DNA of 64,000 nucleotides from Lingula anatina (GCA_051362555.1 CM120640.1:8122001-8186000), one strand, 5' to 3'; positions 14,601 to 28,996 are shown, counted from the stretch's first letter. Program-made: numbers and translations. Notes: a model not told the origin generated them from the sequence alone.

Positions 14601-17600
14601 CTTCATTTTTCATCACGCTAAAGAATTATTAACAACTCCGTGCGCTTTAATTCTTGAAACTCGATATAATTTGCTACAAATGTAACTTATAATAGAATCG
14701 CTGAAAAAATACCATAGATAGAAACGATACGGCATGGTAGACAATAAAAATGTATTATATTTATAATGAAAGGTGGCTGCTGCATATATTCGAAAAATGC
14801 AGCTTTTTGTAAACTGCAAGGCTATCGCGTCAGTTGATACCCGTGCCCTGGCACAAAGACGGATTGATTTACCTCGACACCTTTTTCATACCTAGGCGGG
14901 AGATATGCCAGTAATTTTAATAATTTTGATGAAGCTGAAGGATGATGATTATATTCACGCGATGTTAACCTAACTCATGCATATACATGAGACATTGATC
15001 AAATGTATGCAATCACGTGGAACAGCCACGGTGCTGCTGAGCATGCGAGGCTCCCTGTTAATTCTAACATCTGCACGCGTCCAAACCTCAGAGCGCACCT
15101 ACATAACATTCAAAGAGACGCATACCAAATACAACACAGTTGTGGACTGAAATCGAAATACAGGATAAAGTTAACGCCCTCATTAAAACCAGGACTTGTT
15201 TTTCGCATTTACCCGTGACATTTCACCACTATTTCGGTCTGACGCTTCGAGACCATTATAATGAAAAATGCCTTATCACACGTATCCTGACAGCACGTTA
15301 AAAATTGAGCTCATTAGAAAAGATTGATACACAAATTTGTTACTGTTAACTCGAGGACCCCTAACTAGGTTATTAAAATCAAAAAGCTTGCCTGTAAATC
15401 TTAATAAATTTTAATCTACGATATGCTTCAGCTAGCACGTTTTTGCAAACAATAAAACACGGATCGGCTGTGTTTAACTTTGAAAGGAGCGGAAAGAGAT
15501 AATCATATTTCACAGTAATTATTTTCTCTTACACATTTCCGTCATTGTGCTTTGATTTAAAAAAAGAATCATCATTTTTACTCATAATGCCCTTTTTGAC
15601 CACTTTTTTTGGATGGAAATTTGAGAAGTATTCAACATTTTCATAAAGATTATAGAACCACATTATTAATCAGAGCTTTAATAGCGTGTTGTCACGTGAT
15701 CAATCATTTTAAATGACAACAAAAAACTGTCGTACGGCAAGAAAACTGTAAGGAGGATTAATCAAGAGTTTGAAAGGAGCTTGTAATCATCTAAGTGAGT
15801 TTTATATTTGGCACCGTGAGAACATTTGTGTTTTGAGACTACGTGGTTATTAATAAACATCAATTTATATCAAATGACCAGTCGAATAACCAGTCAAAAC
15901 ACAAGAGCAAGTGTAAGTGTAGTAGGCCCATGAGCCTCCACACGCAGCGTCATTGTTTTAACTGGCCATTTTCAGAGGTTTGAATGTTCATTTCATGATG
16001 GAGCAGGCAATAAGGTGTGTAACTAAACAACTGATTAACTACTGAAATATAGCTGTATCTCGGCAGGTCATTGTTAAGGTCCCGGGCCTTCCTTGATCCT
16101 CGCGAAAACAAAGTACTGGTCTTTCTATCTTGTAATGGTTCATAAGATCGCCTGCTCTATGTCTGTTAGCACAACAAAGCGCTCGTGTATCGGTTATTCG
16201 AAAACCCCTCACACGCCAGGGCGTGAAAGCAATACCTGTCTTCGCGCGTATATATCAGCCGATCTATTCCTCCCTCTCAGCACGCCCTTTGCTCTAAGCA
16301 TCCATTTTATTGTAATATCATTAATTTGAAGTTTTCTTTCATGGCGGCTAATTATACGTAATCTGCTGCGTACCGAGGTACAGCATTGTTATTTATAAGC
16401 GACGACCAAATTAAAGTGGCCTAACGAGCTATTCATGACCCATTGATCTTCTTTAATTGTCTCAATTACCTCCCTCCATTTAATAAAAACATATGGCCAG
16501 GTAGATAATACTGATTGACTCCTCAGGTAAGAAACTTCAAAGAAGCCGACAGTAATTGCAAATTAGAGAAATTAGAATAAGAGCCCTTTTATGGCTACTG
16601 TTCTGACGCGGAATTTAAAGTTATTCTACTCATAGAGATTTATTCTCCCCTTAATGGGACTGTGTGGCACATTTCCACAGTTAAATCTAACGAACAATAG
16701 GAATTTATGTTTTCAGTGTCTAACAAACAACTAGAAGAGTCCAAATCAGAGCAAGACATAAATAAACCTGGCGCCGCATACTCAGTGATGCATAGTTTCG
16801 AATGCATGATTTTTCTCAAACTACTTGAAGATGGGTTTTAGGGTAATTTGCATTTGGTAATTTAAAAGGAAAATACGTACTAATCACAGTTATCTTTAAC
16901 ACAAATTTATGTGGTAAGACTTGATTTTTGCATTTCTATTTCCTTGTTTTAGTGCAATGCAATTCTTTTGAATTCACTCCAAACTATCAAATGAAAATAA
17001 AGGGTTATTTTTGTGCGAGTTAAGGTAATTTAGAATAAAATAATGGTAAAATTTGAAAGGTAATCTGTGATGCGTTTAGTGCAGCATCAATTTTCTTTTT
17101 TTTCAGCACTATGATTATTAACTTCCGCGCTCGTTTATTTTTCTATGTACTTTAGATTGAAATGATTGTATATGCAACCAATCAGTCATACTCATCTAAG
17201 TAATTACTTTTCTTGACTTTTGATGTCTTAATGGCTCAGGTATCATACAACACTCCCACTGCTCGATTAGGCATACACGCTTAAGGAGGACGTAAAGACA
17301 CACAACCACAGAGTGTAGATGCTCTAAGAGCTATATCAACAGGCGTGAGCAGAATTAATGTCAACGGATTACACACAAAAAATCACTGTATGTGATGTTT
17401 TTAAAGTGTGTTTTTGTTGTCGGTTGATACTGGATATTTTTTACTCGTTAACTGGAAGCAATCGTCCTGATTTTAAAAGAAACTATGACAATTTTGGGAC
17501 TATAAGATTTTGCTTTTCGTAGATAAAATCTTTATTGTGTGTTGGTTATTTCAAATAAGATAGGAAAATATCAAATATCATTGTACATATATGAAGTTAT

Positions 17601-17928
17601 CTCTCAATGGACCAATATTATGTTATATATGATTCATATTCGTTATTTCTGCGATAATCAATAATATATACTTGGTTTTTTATGTAACTAATTTGGTAGA
17701 AAATCAGTTTTTAAGCAACTTAGTAAATGTCGTAAATTTTTTTTCAAGATTTTCTTTATTCTGATCTAAGAATCGATTTCAGTTATGACTCATTGATTAT
17801 AATTTAAGCAATTTCATAATAATCACCTTGAATCTAATATCTTAAATAATAAGTTATGGCTACTTCAATAGAAGAAAAATGCTATGTAAAAACGTGAATA
17901 TAAATACATGTACATTATGGGCTACTCC

Positions 17929-17953
17929 TTTTTTTTTTTTTTTTTTTTTTTTT
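17929..17953. repeat. poly(T) tract, 25 nt
   Basis: Read directly from the sequence. Confidence 0.9.
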
Positions 17954-20900
17954 GTAAATAGAAAAATTAATTTGAATTTAGTTTAACACACATCACTATT
18001 AAATACATTGAAGATGCTTCTACTTTTGGTTTACATGTTTGGATACCAAGCTATCATTGGTAAAAACAAAATGAGTCAATCACCTCTTATGAAAAAAATA
18101 TGTATATGTTTGGTGGTTTTTCAATACACCTTACTGCACGTAGTTCAGCACCGTTTTATTATCAGTGAAAGCATTATTATTATTAAAGGTTTACCCATAA
18201 TGACCAGTCGCATTCTTCATTCTCTTCGTTTCGTAAGTCTACAAAAGCGGGATCACCAGACCGTCGAGGCCATAATAATGAAAAAACAGTTTACCGCCCT
18301 TGCTTGTCATGCCGTAGAAGCTTCAAAGATTTGGCGCGAATTGCAAGCGTGTAGTTATGATGCACAACTTGAAATCAATAATTAAAACTCTCTAGTCCCT
18401 GGGTTAATAGCCATGCATTTGATGACTGTAATTGAAATATAATGTGATTCTCTAATAATAAAACAATTAATCACAACACCCTTGACACGGTAGGTAAAAA
18501 AGCGAACTATAACGTCGCACCTTAAGTGCGCATTGGCGCCGCAAAGGAGTCCCCTCTCCTTAACGGCTGGTTACGCTCGGTGCACCTTTTCATGAGACTA
18601 GTAAGAAAAGAAATGTAATAGCCCTTAATGGGCTTAAACAAAATTCACTCATTTGTCTCTCCATTACTTCTGATTTGTGGGTCTACTAAGCCATCTAAAT
18701 GGCCACCGCGCTTGGTTTTTCAATGACACCCTTGGCGCGAGGTCGAAAACGATGGTATCATTCTCCAATTCATTTGTAACATCACGAAACAAGCAATGAA
18801 GTGACAAAAGTCGTACATCATGAATAGCTCATTGTTGTTGAACAGTTGCTTTCATGTACAATACGGACTTATAGTTTTCAGCCCCGCAGGATCCATGCTG
18901 TAGCCACTTAGCGTTCTGCCTGAGAGATATCAGATGCTTACGGCGACACCAACAACACTGAAGGCCTCTGTTCAAGTCTAAAATATGCCATATTAAGATA
19001 GGATCTTGACTCCCCCAAGGATGAAAACAGCAATAAAATAAATGCTACTCATACTAATTGGAGTTAATAGAATAATTTTTCAACTTGTGCAAAGAGGACG
19101 GCCACTCAACAGTGTAATTATACTCGGATATGAGTTCTTAAATGCGACATTCCGTGTCGGTGTACAAACTAACTTGGTCACGATACGTGCCTCTATCATT
19201 AAGTGGGGAAGGGAAGAGGGTGTTTCGGGTTATTTATCTAACTCAGTATCACTGCAATGAAATAGAGGTGCGACTCAACTTGGAATGAAAATGATTTGAT
19301 TTTTAAAAGAAGCACGACAGGAGAAACAAGGGCGAATAATCATATAATTAATTGTCACTTTCTCAATGTATCCTATGCCTTTTTCAAGACAGAAAAATTA
19401 ACTTGACATCAGAACAAGCAGGCAGCTCGCCGCAACTCGTTTAAGACTGCGCTGGCAGCCACTAACGCCATCTATAAGTTGTTTATATCCTCCGTTTCAA
19501 GTTTAAAATGACTATAAAACTTATGTGTTAATGCACGGAATTACGCCCAGAGATTAAAAAAAAGCATTTACAAGTCAGTGTAGCATTAAATATAAGTTCG
19601 CTATGAAATAAGTGTACTGATACACTGTCCATGTACTTCGAGCAAAAAAGAAAACTTCGTATATGAAAAATTAATGCATCGATTGCGTTAGTTGAGAGCA
19701 ATGTATTTTTTTTAAAGATGGCGCATTTAACAGAGAAAAATTCGCATGCATTCCTCGATGTAAAAAGTCGTTAAGAAGACCCAAATGTACACGATTCATA
19801 GTCAGATGACTGTCCTTTTAGAAGTCTTCTCGCGTTATAAGACAATACGCGTAATTAACATGCCATTAAGCACTGTGTGTGTGTGTTATGCGCACTCAGA
19901 TAAGGGGTGAGGTAATGATTCATGATGTTAATTAATTTGAAGTGCTCTTTAATCATGATGTAATTACATTATGTCTAAGTGATAACTAAGTGATCATTTT
20001 ACACAGGTATAGTCATTTAAAGTAATCGACAGAGGTTTCATGCTCATGATCGTATGCATTATGGTTATTTCGTTTTAATTGGTATTCGACAGCTACACAC
20101 CGTGTCTTTGCTACTGCAGTAAAATTATCATCTACATGTAGTTAGCATTTCCTCCCTTAACTGTGGGTTGTGTCCATCTATGTTTTAAAGACACCCATTG
20201 CTACGATTTCTATTATTTAAGAGCCTCAAGTCGTACATGTGTGAAATGAAATCCGTTGTTCAGTCTTATTCAATATCAGGTAACAGTGTTTCTCTGGGTG
20301 TTTTTATACTACGCGTAGCTCTTCTGATAACCTGTAGTGTGTAAATAAACTTTTCTGAATTTTCTTTTGGACTCGCCACTGATCCACGTAATAAGTATAA
20401 TTTACCCCCAACCCTCCTCCACAGACGCATACACAGCATAAAAATTCCTGCGCTGGCACTCATATTTATTTTTTTATAACGAGCCTTTAAAAACGCAAAC
20501 AAAAGTGCTAATGCATAATTTCCCCTGCCCCCCCCCCCCCCTCCCCGAGTTTAAGTTTACTGAAGCTTCGCCTGTTGTCAGTATGCATTGCAGTGTGCCG
20601 TCAGTGCTTGGAGGATCAAGCTGATTATTTCAATATGACACAGGAAAGACAAGCTAACTTTTCATTTTTTTAATCCAGCACCTAATGTGTTTATAATTAC
20701 ATTTTTTCAATTATATGTAATATAATCCGTGAAAAACATTAACTCTGTATATATATATGACTGTACCAGCATGACTTCTAGTGAGCAGACGATTACAAGC
20801 TGTTCAAGGACGTCCTTGTCACCGTAAGTAATAGTAGGTCAAATAAGTAATTGATTATTATTTGCTTTAATATTAGATGAAAATTTAAAAGAAATCCCTA

Positions 20901-22718
20901 CTTTATACCTCACCAGGTGCATAATCACTTTATAATTATTAGTATATATAGTAGTATGTTATTAAAAGCAATTCTCAGCTTTCATTTAAACAAAACTACC
21001 GTTATGAAACCCATATCGAAGTGCTCGTGAAATGTGTGTCATTAACGCTTGATCAAGTCTCACTCGCAGCGACTCTGATTAGTAATTGATAGTCATTTGC
21101 TGCAAGCCTCGGCGAAAGTCTGCAAATCACCACAGCTTTGAAACTTACACTACAATTAGATATCTAAAATTTTTAGTGGAAAACAGTTTAGATTTTCAGC
21201 AGAGTATTAATGTATTTGCACTCAAAATTTGCCATCACTCCATCGTCCTCATGTTTCTAACAAAATGCAACAGCGCAAAAAGTGGATTCTGGAAAATTAT
21301 GAAATTTATTTTCAGTAGAAACATGCGCTGAAATCTGGAATCACCTGTGTCGTTTTTTGGTATGGAAAAGTTGGTAAGACCAGGAAAGAGCGTAACGAAG
21401 ACGTCGTGGTTAAATTGTTATGGGGTTGACGCACTGATAAATTATAAGGTGTTCTTCATGCGTTTTTTAACACTTCATTAAGGCGCTTTGATTTGGCTTT
21501 AAATACGCCACCACAGTGCGCTTTCTCCTAAAAAAAGCCACAAGACGGCAGTGCTAAAGCCCAATGGGCTCTCTTTGTCAAAATATTTATGAATTTCTCT
21601 TTGTTACAACAAATATTAAATGATGTCACTGATCTGTCGACAAATTGGAACAGTTTACATAGCAAATCTTTATAACAAGATCAAAAGTTGTTCCATACTT
21701 AAAGCTCAAATTTTAATCTCAATTTACAAAAGATGAATTATTAGAAGTTCGTTTTAATGATATGTTGCTTCTGTTTTATAACGTGATAAAAAAGACAACA
21801 CTTCAGTCCAATAATGATGTTATTGTAATGCTACAGATTATCCCATCTTAAAGATAAAAAGTTGATCTAAAAGTAAAAACCAACTTTTAATTGAATTTTA
21901 TTTATGAAAAAGCTTAGGAGCAAATGGAATGTGTTAGGTGAGATAGGCGTAGAAGAGTAATTTGTAACAATGATGAAGTACAGTGAATGTGGTGGAAGTG
22001 TATACTGTAGATATAGCCAGATACACCGCGAACAAGTTCTATGCCAGGATGATAAATAGCAGATGAAAATTATTCATTGCTTCATAACTTCTTTGGAAAG
22101 TTTTGTCCTTTACTCAGCTTTTTTTATATATATCGCATATATGTATTTTTTATCCTGTTAATTATTAGGCCTCATCAAAACGTGATCTTTTTCGTGTATT
22201 AAAATGTTTCTTACATTTGAATAAATGACTTAATTCTTAGATAAATAGGTGTAAATATTTTTCAAGCATCAGTGTTGAATTAGCGTAAATTCTGTTTATT
22301 TTTATCTTACGACATAAAGAATTTAATTGTAATCTTTAGTTGACCTCGTTACGGTGCTCTGTAACATGCTTTTATGCTATTATGCAGAATAAATTAATGA
22401 TTCAAATCTTGGTGTTGGTTATTCGAAGTTGGGGTATTAACAATATTTGATAATCAACATCAGATTCGTACACCAGTATTAATTAACTTTAAATATCGCA
22501 GACTTTTACATATTTATTAATGAGCGGCCACAAGAGCGGTGAAACAGGTAAGCTAAAATTTAGTTAGGTTAGGGTAGTTGAATCTGTATTTTATATTTCT
22601 AAATTTTGCCACTATATCTCATTTTTGCAATGGTTCTTTTGAGTTTATTGTTTTGATCTCTACTGATTTCTTTTAAAAGGAAGTCTTTAAATCCTGTTTC
22701 AATTTCAGAATTTGTTTA

Positions 22719-22851
22719 CCCTCTACCAGGGCCGCAGTTATTATTGTGGACATATTTGCTGAGGCGGGAGTGCAGAAATTAGCCATCTATTTAACCAGAG
22801 ACATATCCGTTAATATCTAGGGAAAAATCAATTTGTGGCCCTGGTAGAGGG
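22719..22851. mobile_element. Short MITE-like non-autonomous DNA transposon (133 bp)
   Basis: Terminal inverted repeats CCCTCTACCAGGGCCGCA and TGTGGCCCTGGTAGAGGG (17/18 match), flanked by TA on both sides (22717-18, 22852-53). No coding capacity. Confidence 0.7.
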
Positions 22852-23587
22852 TAATATTAGTTGAGATTGGTTTATTGTGTCCGGCATGGTCATTGTTCTA
22901 TGTTCCAGCTTTCTAGCATTGTTCTTGCTTTTAACATAGTAGCTTTAAGTGTCGCTAATGCATTATCAAATCCTTCTTTCTCAGTTCCGACTGCAGTCAT
23001 TCCCAAAACATCTTTTTTATTTTATTTCATTTTTTATTCCTTTAATTTCTTATTATTATTATTATTATTTTAATGTCACAGTGTAAAACACAACAAAGAC
23101 ATGAATTAAAACACACCCGGGCCCTGAATAAGGTTTCCTATGAGAAACATAGAATCAAACACAAGTACATTAATACAGCTTTAAAATATTTGCCTATATT
23201 TAAGTTATGTCCATTTTAAATAATATCTGTATAATATAAAACGATGTCGCAGTCTTTGGATTTATTTTTATACATGTTGTATCTACACATGAGTAAAAAG
23301 TTGAATGATGTCCGTATTTCGAATGTGATGTCGACGTCGTTGGCAGGTTCTGTCACATTAATAATATCTTATATCTATCCATATACTACACCTCATCAGC
23401 GCATGCTCCTCGTTCTCTATACCTGGCCATTTCTTGAAAAAATGCATATTCGATGTGAACGATCTTAACACTCATGGTGACCCGTTTTTTTAGGTTTTAA
23501 ATTCTAAGTTGGCCTGCCCTTCATCTGATTTTCGTCAGCTCTCTTCTCTCTGAACGATTTAAACTACAGTGTTCGACAAATAGTTGT

Positions 23588-23589
<2 letters not shown>

Positions 23590-23631
<42 letters not shown>
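23590..23631. repeat. (AAT)n microsatellite
   Basis: About 14 units, read directly. Confidence 0.95.
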
Positions 23632-23634
<3 letters not shown>

Positions 23635-25954
23635 TTTCTATAAATAACACGTTAAAAAGTTCTTGATCATATTCAGATTTTTTCAAGTTGGTTTTTTGAG
23701 GAAAATGATTGTCATTTATGACAAATTTTAATCAGCGTTCAAGTCAACTATCATCTGCTCAGCATGGAATTGATCATTTTACATACTGTAGCTTTCCCAT
23801 TTTTTAAAATGTTAACTCAGATAGGCAAGTTTTTTTCAAACTTATATTTAGGTTTTGCAATTGGACTTATTTCCTTAGTCATCTCGACTTAAACGTAAAA
23901 AGCTAAAAATGATTACTACCATCTCAATAATACCAGTCCAGTCTGGGTGCATGCTTTTGCAACCGAACACAATGTCCTGCACACTAGCCATTTATTTGGT
24001 GACTTTCAAATAAATGTACTTAGTATGGTCATTAAACTTTTTTTCCAGAATGTCGTCACGAATTTAAAGATTTGTTGCTAATTTTTTTTTTGTCTGGTAC
24101 ATGTATCTAGCTTGTTCCTCCTGCTTTCAAGAGCTCACGCAACTACGTGCCAGTGCTGCCCTCTTTCGCTTAATAATGTAACTATCAATGTATTCAGGCG
24201 TGTTATCTTTTTCTTATCCTATTTACCTTAGTTGTCTCGTCATTAAGTACATTAACGCACTTGAACATTTGGTCTTGTAGATAACAGACACAAAAAATGA
24301 CAATTAAGATACGGCATCGAAATATAAACAATAAGGGAGATTTCAAAAATTTGAATCTGTGATTAGAAAAAATCAAGCAAATTAACATTTAACATTCTTT
24401 TAGGATTCATGTGATTTAAATCCAGCGACTCTGATTTGTATCTACTTTTCGTTTCTTTTCATTTTTTCGTCAAATGATTATAGAAAAATCTCATTTTGTT
24501 GTTATGCACTCTATTTATGAAGATTACCTCATGTGAACGACAAAAACTACAAATCAAATGGCATCTACGTAAGGTGCTAGGTCGAATAATTATGATGAAC
24601 AAGATGCTTTGATCCTTTTATAGCTTTGCATCATATGTTACTTTTCCCACTTATAATAACTGCTTCCACTTTTCCAAGCTCCTTTTTTTTTTTTGCAAAA
24701 TACAAAAAAGTTTCTATATGTGTGGCCAGTCAGTTGAAACCACTTGGAGCTACTATTTCCAGTGTATAGATTGACAGTGATGAATACGCGCGAACTGAAG
24801 AGCGGTCAGTGCTCCTTTAAGACCCTGCTACCAGCACTTGACGCACCTGGACGGTGAATACACGTACACTACCCAAACCAAACTACCACATAAATAAACA
24901 AAGACAACATCTCATAAAAGAGAAAAAAAAACAATGACAATCGATGTCTGATTTTTTCTCTTACCCACGAAGGAAAACCAATGTGCCGACTCATGTTTGT
25001 GAATACCTTTCCCCCTCTCCCTCTCTCTCTCTCTCTCTATCTAAAGTGAAATTTATAATATTTTTTTCATATTATAGTTTTTTGTATAGTGTACACCATG
25101 AGATTTTAGAGAACACACCAAATTTTGAATAGTTCTTCTGTAAGGTTTTAGACAACGGTAGTTTACGCTGATAATCAAATTAAGAAAGATAAGCATATTT
25201 ATGGAACATAATAAAAATATGAAATTTTTTTAAGTGATGAAACATCGGCAGAAGCTGAAAATTTTGCGTAACAATAACGGAGAGTAACTGGGAAACCAAT
25301 GATGTAAATCATTTTCTCCTCAGCGAAATCTACTCCTTGCCGAATTTATAAATCAGTTGGAAGACAGTCGAGCTACTGATCCCATGGGTTACAGCTATCT
25401 GCACAACAAACTGCGGGAGTTCATCATCCAGACATTCACATAAATTACATGGGACACCTTAGCCCTTGTTAACATGTTATTTAAACGATTTAAAATAACA
25501 TTTGACATGTTACGCTTGATCCCCCGGTGTGGAAGGTGTGTTAAGATGGAGCAGCAGCGATGGAAAATTTTGAAAACAAACGATGCGAGCTAGCGGGAAA
25601 CAGATGTACGAGTCTCGAGTTTAAAGCTGCAGGAAAACTGATGCAGAGATTTTGATTGTGATTCGCAATAAACACCAGGAGTGTGTTTCTTTTTTTAATT
25701 ACTCCTGATAGCGGAGCCGCTAAAGCTCCTTGTACCGACAAGACCAGAAAGCCAACCACATACTATCAACTGGAAACAGAGTTTAGGTGTGTGTTCGGGT
25801 CGCAACCGGGGCCGCCCTCTTTTCAGTTGTGTTGAACTAGTGTTGTCCTGATGGTACATAGCTAATGAATATCAGGCGCTGTTGGTTATTGACTTATTTT
25901 GGCATCTTAAAAAAGTTCATGTTTTTGCATTACTGTACATTGTCAGTGTCAATA

Positions 25955-25960
25955 TTTATT
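25955..25960 (-). terminator. Candidate distal NK4 polyadenylation signal (a proximal AATAAA also occurs at 27050-27055)
   Basis: AATAAA on - strand downstream of the NK4 stop. The sequence alone cannot show which site is used. Confidence 0.35.
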
Positions 25961-27501
25961 TACAAAACATTCTCAAATATAGGTACTGCATCAATATCTG
26001 TTGGTAGCAGTTACTTGAAATTAACTGGCATTTTACATGCTATGCTATAACCTTATCTAACGTCAAAACATAGTATACAGACTTTTGAGGACATCTGCAT
26101 GATTAAATGCCAATCTTTGGGATACATTTCCAATTGTGAAAACGCCCTCCCCCCCCTTCCTCCTAAAAATTAGGTTTCATATTCTTTTCTTTTCTTTTTC
26201 TCGCCTAAAAACCTTTTTTTGAATAAACGTGTGTCATTTCCACACGAGTTGACAGTCCGCTTTCAGAGTCTTGAAATTATTTAGCAGACAATCCGTAAAT
26301 AGAAGTTTATCATTTTTTCATTAATACACTTGACTCGTTCACTGATACAGTTGACTTGACTCTATCTTGGAAAAAAGTAAGCTTTTAAAAAGCTATTTTG
26401 GCTACTGCGTATATGCCCTATTAGCGAACGGTGATTGTTGCCAGAAGCTATGCCTGCGTGTTTAAAATACGTTGATAAAGAAGGAGCACGATAGATATTG
26501 TTATTTTTAAAGTTCTAGGGTTAAAGAATAGGCGATTATCAATATAAGATATTTGAGATGGTTGGTGCAGAATCGGATATAAGATATACAGATACATTTT
26601 ATACTGCCTCTGCTGTTGTTTCTATGATATAGAATATCTTATTCTTTATACATTATTTTCGCATGAAATGTTGAGGGATTTACGCGCTTGCTTTTTATCC
26701 GTTTAAATTATGCGTCGAGCGAAATTAATACACCAATGGGGTACAATTAAACAAATATTGCTTAAGAAATGCAATTAGGTCTTTTTTTCTTCTAATCAAG
26801 TTCGTCGCTCAAAACCTATGACAGTTCAGGAAATGATGTTAAAGAAGAGGAAAAGCGTTCTTTTTTTTCTTGGTTGTCTTTCCTAAAAACAATGGTGAAA
26901 GAATTCGCCAAACCTCAAACTTAAAATTTGACAAAATATACACAGATATCATTGTGATAAACATAGAGCAACCTACGATCCTGTGCAATTTGTGCAATTT
27001 GGTTGAAGTTGGAGAATGCATAAAAAGGCGCACTACTTCTTTTGGACAGTTTATTAGAAGTCCTTTTTGATTCTCGATGCGATTTTAATAACGATATTGA
27101 TACCTCTCTAGAATATGTATGTAACGTATGCCTACTCAGATTGATAATTTTACTAACTGGTCTTACTGAAACAAAGGAGATAAACAGAAAAGCCTTAAGT
27201 ATAATAATTCTTCACAAAACATGCATTCTTCGGGTAAGCCATTTCATCACGGGCATACCTCAGTTAAGCTTATTAACCTCAGTTGTGGATCTCATTTGTT
27301 TCTTAATGTCATAAAGTCCTAGTTAGCCCTTGTTGCAGCAAATTCATTTAATTAAGTTGTCCGCAAACTCTTTGCATAGCCTTTGTGAAAATCACCCATG
27401 AAAAACTGTTAATTAGTCATTATTATCACTGAATCTTTGAACTTAAATTCATATTCAACTGCCTAGTTCCTTGTTTTAGTTCAGTGTCCAGTTGACAGTT
27501 T

Positions 27502-28109
27502 TCACCAAACTCTGGATTGCATCTGGGGCTGCATATATGCAGACTGTTGCATGGGCGGGAGAGGGTTAACAGAGTTATAGTTCGGTCCACACGAAGAGTA
27601 CGAGGGGTAAGCAAAAGGGTTAACATTGTAAGGGGTGGAGTAAGATTGTCCACCGAAATCGGGCCTTCCCATGCAAGGCTTTCCGTCTCTAACAAGTACA
27701 GGAACCGCCACCCTTCTCGGGGGCTGCATCGCAGTCAGTTCTAAAGTTTTATCTTGTCTTTGACGCTTGCATTTGTACCTGCGATTCTGGAACCATATTT
27801 TCACCTGTGTAGAAGTTAATTTCAGCATAGCTGCCAATTGTTCACGTTCCGGGGCGGAGAGGTATCGCTGCTGCTTAAACCGCCTTTCAAGTTCATAAAC
27901 TTGCGCCTGAGAAAATAGCACCCTTGGCTTTCGCCTTTGCCTCTGACGTAGTAAATGACATTCTTCCACATCGGGATTGTTGCTGTTATTACTGTTTCCA
28001 TTGCTATTGTTGCTGCTACCGTTGCTGTTTGAGCTCTTTGAACTGTTATTTTTTGTGTTACTTATAGGTGAGATCTTTTTGGTCTCTTCCGCGCAGTCAG
28101 CTAACTTCC
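27502..28109 (-). CDS. NK4: NK4 (tinman / Nkx2-3/2-5/2-6 family) coding exon 2 with homeodomain, NK2-SD and Tyr-rich region
   Basis: Acceptor ttttcag| at 28110, phase 1. Homeodomain [60 protein letters not shown] with Tyr54, then QDKTLEL, NK2-[18 protein letters not shown], a Tyr-rich stretch and terminal SRVW. Stop TGA at 27504-27502. Confidence 0.96.
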
Positions 28110-28954
28110 CTGAAAATGAAAACACATTTTGAATTCATTGATTGAAACCTTCATCACACCTTTCTTTTTTCAAAACACAACACTGCTTCGTTTTATATAC
28201 ATGTAATACGACTATTCATAAAAACTGAATTACTCTAACTAAATAAAAAAAAAGTATAATTGAAATAACCACTGTTTATTTGACTCTAGTGCGAAAGAAG
28301 TCTCCACTAATTTTAGTTCTAAAACTTTTAGTAGAATTTTTAAAATCTTTTAAATTTCCCGCAGTTTTCGTTACAAAGCGAGTACAATTTGAATAATTTA
28401 TATTTCTTCAAGCATTAACATATAAAATTTGTTTGATGGCTATACAGAATAAAATATATTTAAGTAAATCATGTTTTATTTCAACGCCAAAAACAATAAC
28501 ATAATGTTACCCCCTTTATAGTGATAACCTATATATAGCCTAATTTTATTTTGAAAATAATAACCTCAGTCAACATGCATAAGCAAAATATTCTGTTACC
28601 CTCCATCACAGTGTCAAAATCAACCTAAGCAGTTATATATCAACGTTTTTTTGTAAGTACATTTGAAGTTAAGCACTATAATATAACCTTTTATTGCTCA
28701 CTGCCGTTTATTGATCGTAACTAGTTACTGAATTAAACAAAAAAATATCTGCAGCGTTTGGCTATAGTTCATTTATTCACGTCTGAGCACGATGTAAAGA
28801 GAGAAAGAGGTGATGGTTACAAATGCATGTAGCAAAATATTGTACAAGACCAACATCAGTTTATATCGAACATGCATCCATAATCCATTAATGTGATGCT
28901 CATATCACTAACATCAATAGTCACTAGCAAAATAAAAACAACAACATTAACTAC

Positions 28955-28996
<42 letters not shown>
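28955..28996. repeat. (AAT)n microsatellite in NK4 intron
   Basis: About 14 units, read directly. Confidence 0.95.

Noticed and set aside
20360-20590. Possible decayed GC-tailed MITE around the poly(C) run
   Set aside because: No matching pair of terminal repeats or TSD could be defined.
27426-27744. ORFs overlapping NK4 exon 2
   Set aside because: Alternative-frame or antisense shadows with no independent support.
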